The notes beneath the pieces were generated by a model. It saw nothing but the letters and a program-made list of their open reading frames with translations, did not search any database and was not told the DNA's origin. Below are positions 63,013 to 64,000 of a stretch of DNA of 64,000 nt, in pieces. How positions within the stretch are numbered: position 1 is the first letter of the stretch; the number at the start of each line of letters is the position of its first letter. The position numbers were made by a program, and so were the translations under genes. The stretch is from Ranitomeya imitator (lineage: Eukaryota): positions 14,074,001 through 14,138,000 of the forward strand of contig NC_091290.1 of the NCBI RefSeq assembly GCF_032444005.1, in the 5' to 3' direction.

Positions 63013-64000
63013 TATTATTCTGCTGGTGCAGTCACTGTGTACATACATTACATTACTGATCCTGAGTAACATCCTGTATTATACTCCAGAGCTGTACTCA
63101 CTATTCTGCTGGTGCAGTCACTGTGTACATACATTACATTACTGACCCTGAGTAACATCCTGCATTATACTCCAGAGCTGCACTCACTATTCTGCTGGTG
63201 CAGTCACTGTGTACATACATTACATTACTGACCCTGAGTAACATCCTGTATTATACCCCAGAGCTGCACTCACTATTCTGCTGGTGCAGTCACTGTGTAC
63301 ATACATTACATTACTGACCCTGAGTAACATCCTGCATTATACTCCAGAGCTGCACTCACTATTCTGCTGGTGCAGTCACTGTGTACATACATTACATTAC
63401 TGATCCTGAGTAACATCCTGTATTATACTCCAGAGCTGCACTCACTATTCTGCTGGTGCAGTCACTGTGTACATACATTACATTACTGACCCTGAGTAAC
63501 ATCCTGCATTATACTCCAGAGCTGCACTCACTATTCTGCTGGTGCAGTCACTGTGTACATACATTACATTACTGATCCTGAGTTACATCCTGTATTATAC
63601 TCCAGAGCTGCACTCACTATTCTGCTGGTGCAGTCACTGTGTACATACATTACATTACTGACCCTGAGTAACATCCTGCATTATACTCCAGAGCTGCACT
63701 CACTATTCTGCTGGTGCAGTCACTGTCTACATACATTACATTACTGATCCTGAGTTACATCCTGTATTATACTCCAGAGCTGCACTCACTATTCTGCTGG
63801 TGCAGTCACTGTGTACATTACATTACATTACTGATCCTGAGTTACATCGTGTATTATACTCCAGAGCTGCACTCACTATTCTGCTGGTGCAGTCACTGTG
63901 TACATACATTACATTACTGATCCTGAGTTACATCCTGCATTATACTCCAGAGCTGCACTCACTATTCTGCTGGTGCAGTCACTGTGTACATACATTACAT
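63013..64000. repeat. Second 86-bp satellite array, same orientation as 57396-59058, open at the window end
   Basis: Read directly; carries diagnostic GACCCTGAGTAACATCCTGCAT variants. Confidence 0.97.

Overview
Eukaryotic, amphibian-type (probably a hyloid frog; inferred from the repeat landscape) intron-rich DNA at the head-to-head commd9/prr5l locus. It holds coding exon 1 of commd9 on the minus strand (1460-1510) with its promoter, and seven phase-consistent coding exons of prr5l (Protor-2) on the plus strand (44732-62191; the last exon lies beyond the window). Both genes were recognised from recalled mammalian protein sequences, not from a database search. Roughly 25-27 kb is tandem repeat (units of 21, 23/24, 25, 26, 27, 30, 45, 49, 86 and 90 bp), and nearly all long ORFs in the track are artefacts of these arrays. 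Mobile elements include a 5'-truncated L2 LINE with an unbroken RT frame, a non-autonomous Helitron, hAT, Harbinger and Kolobok/T2 MITEs, two tRNA-derived SINEs and a Tc1 relic. Two observations stand out. First, a decayed ~320-bp, terminally redundant element carrying a minimal type I hammerhead ribozyme (retrozyme-like), split by a hAT-like insertion and with a fold-back antisense copy (38430-39810). Second, two independent satellites, each grown from the Pol III A-box end of a SINE (27568-30010, 40566-41927).
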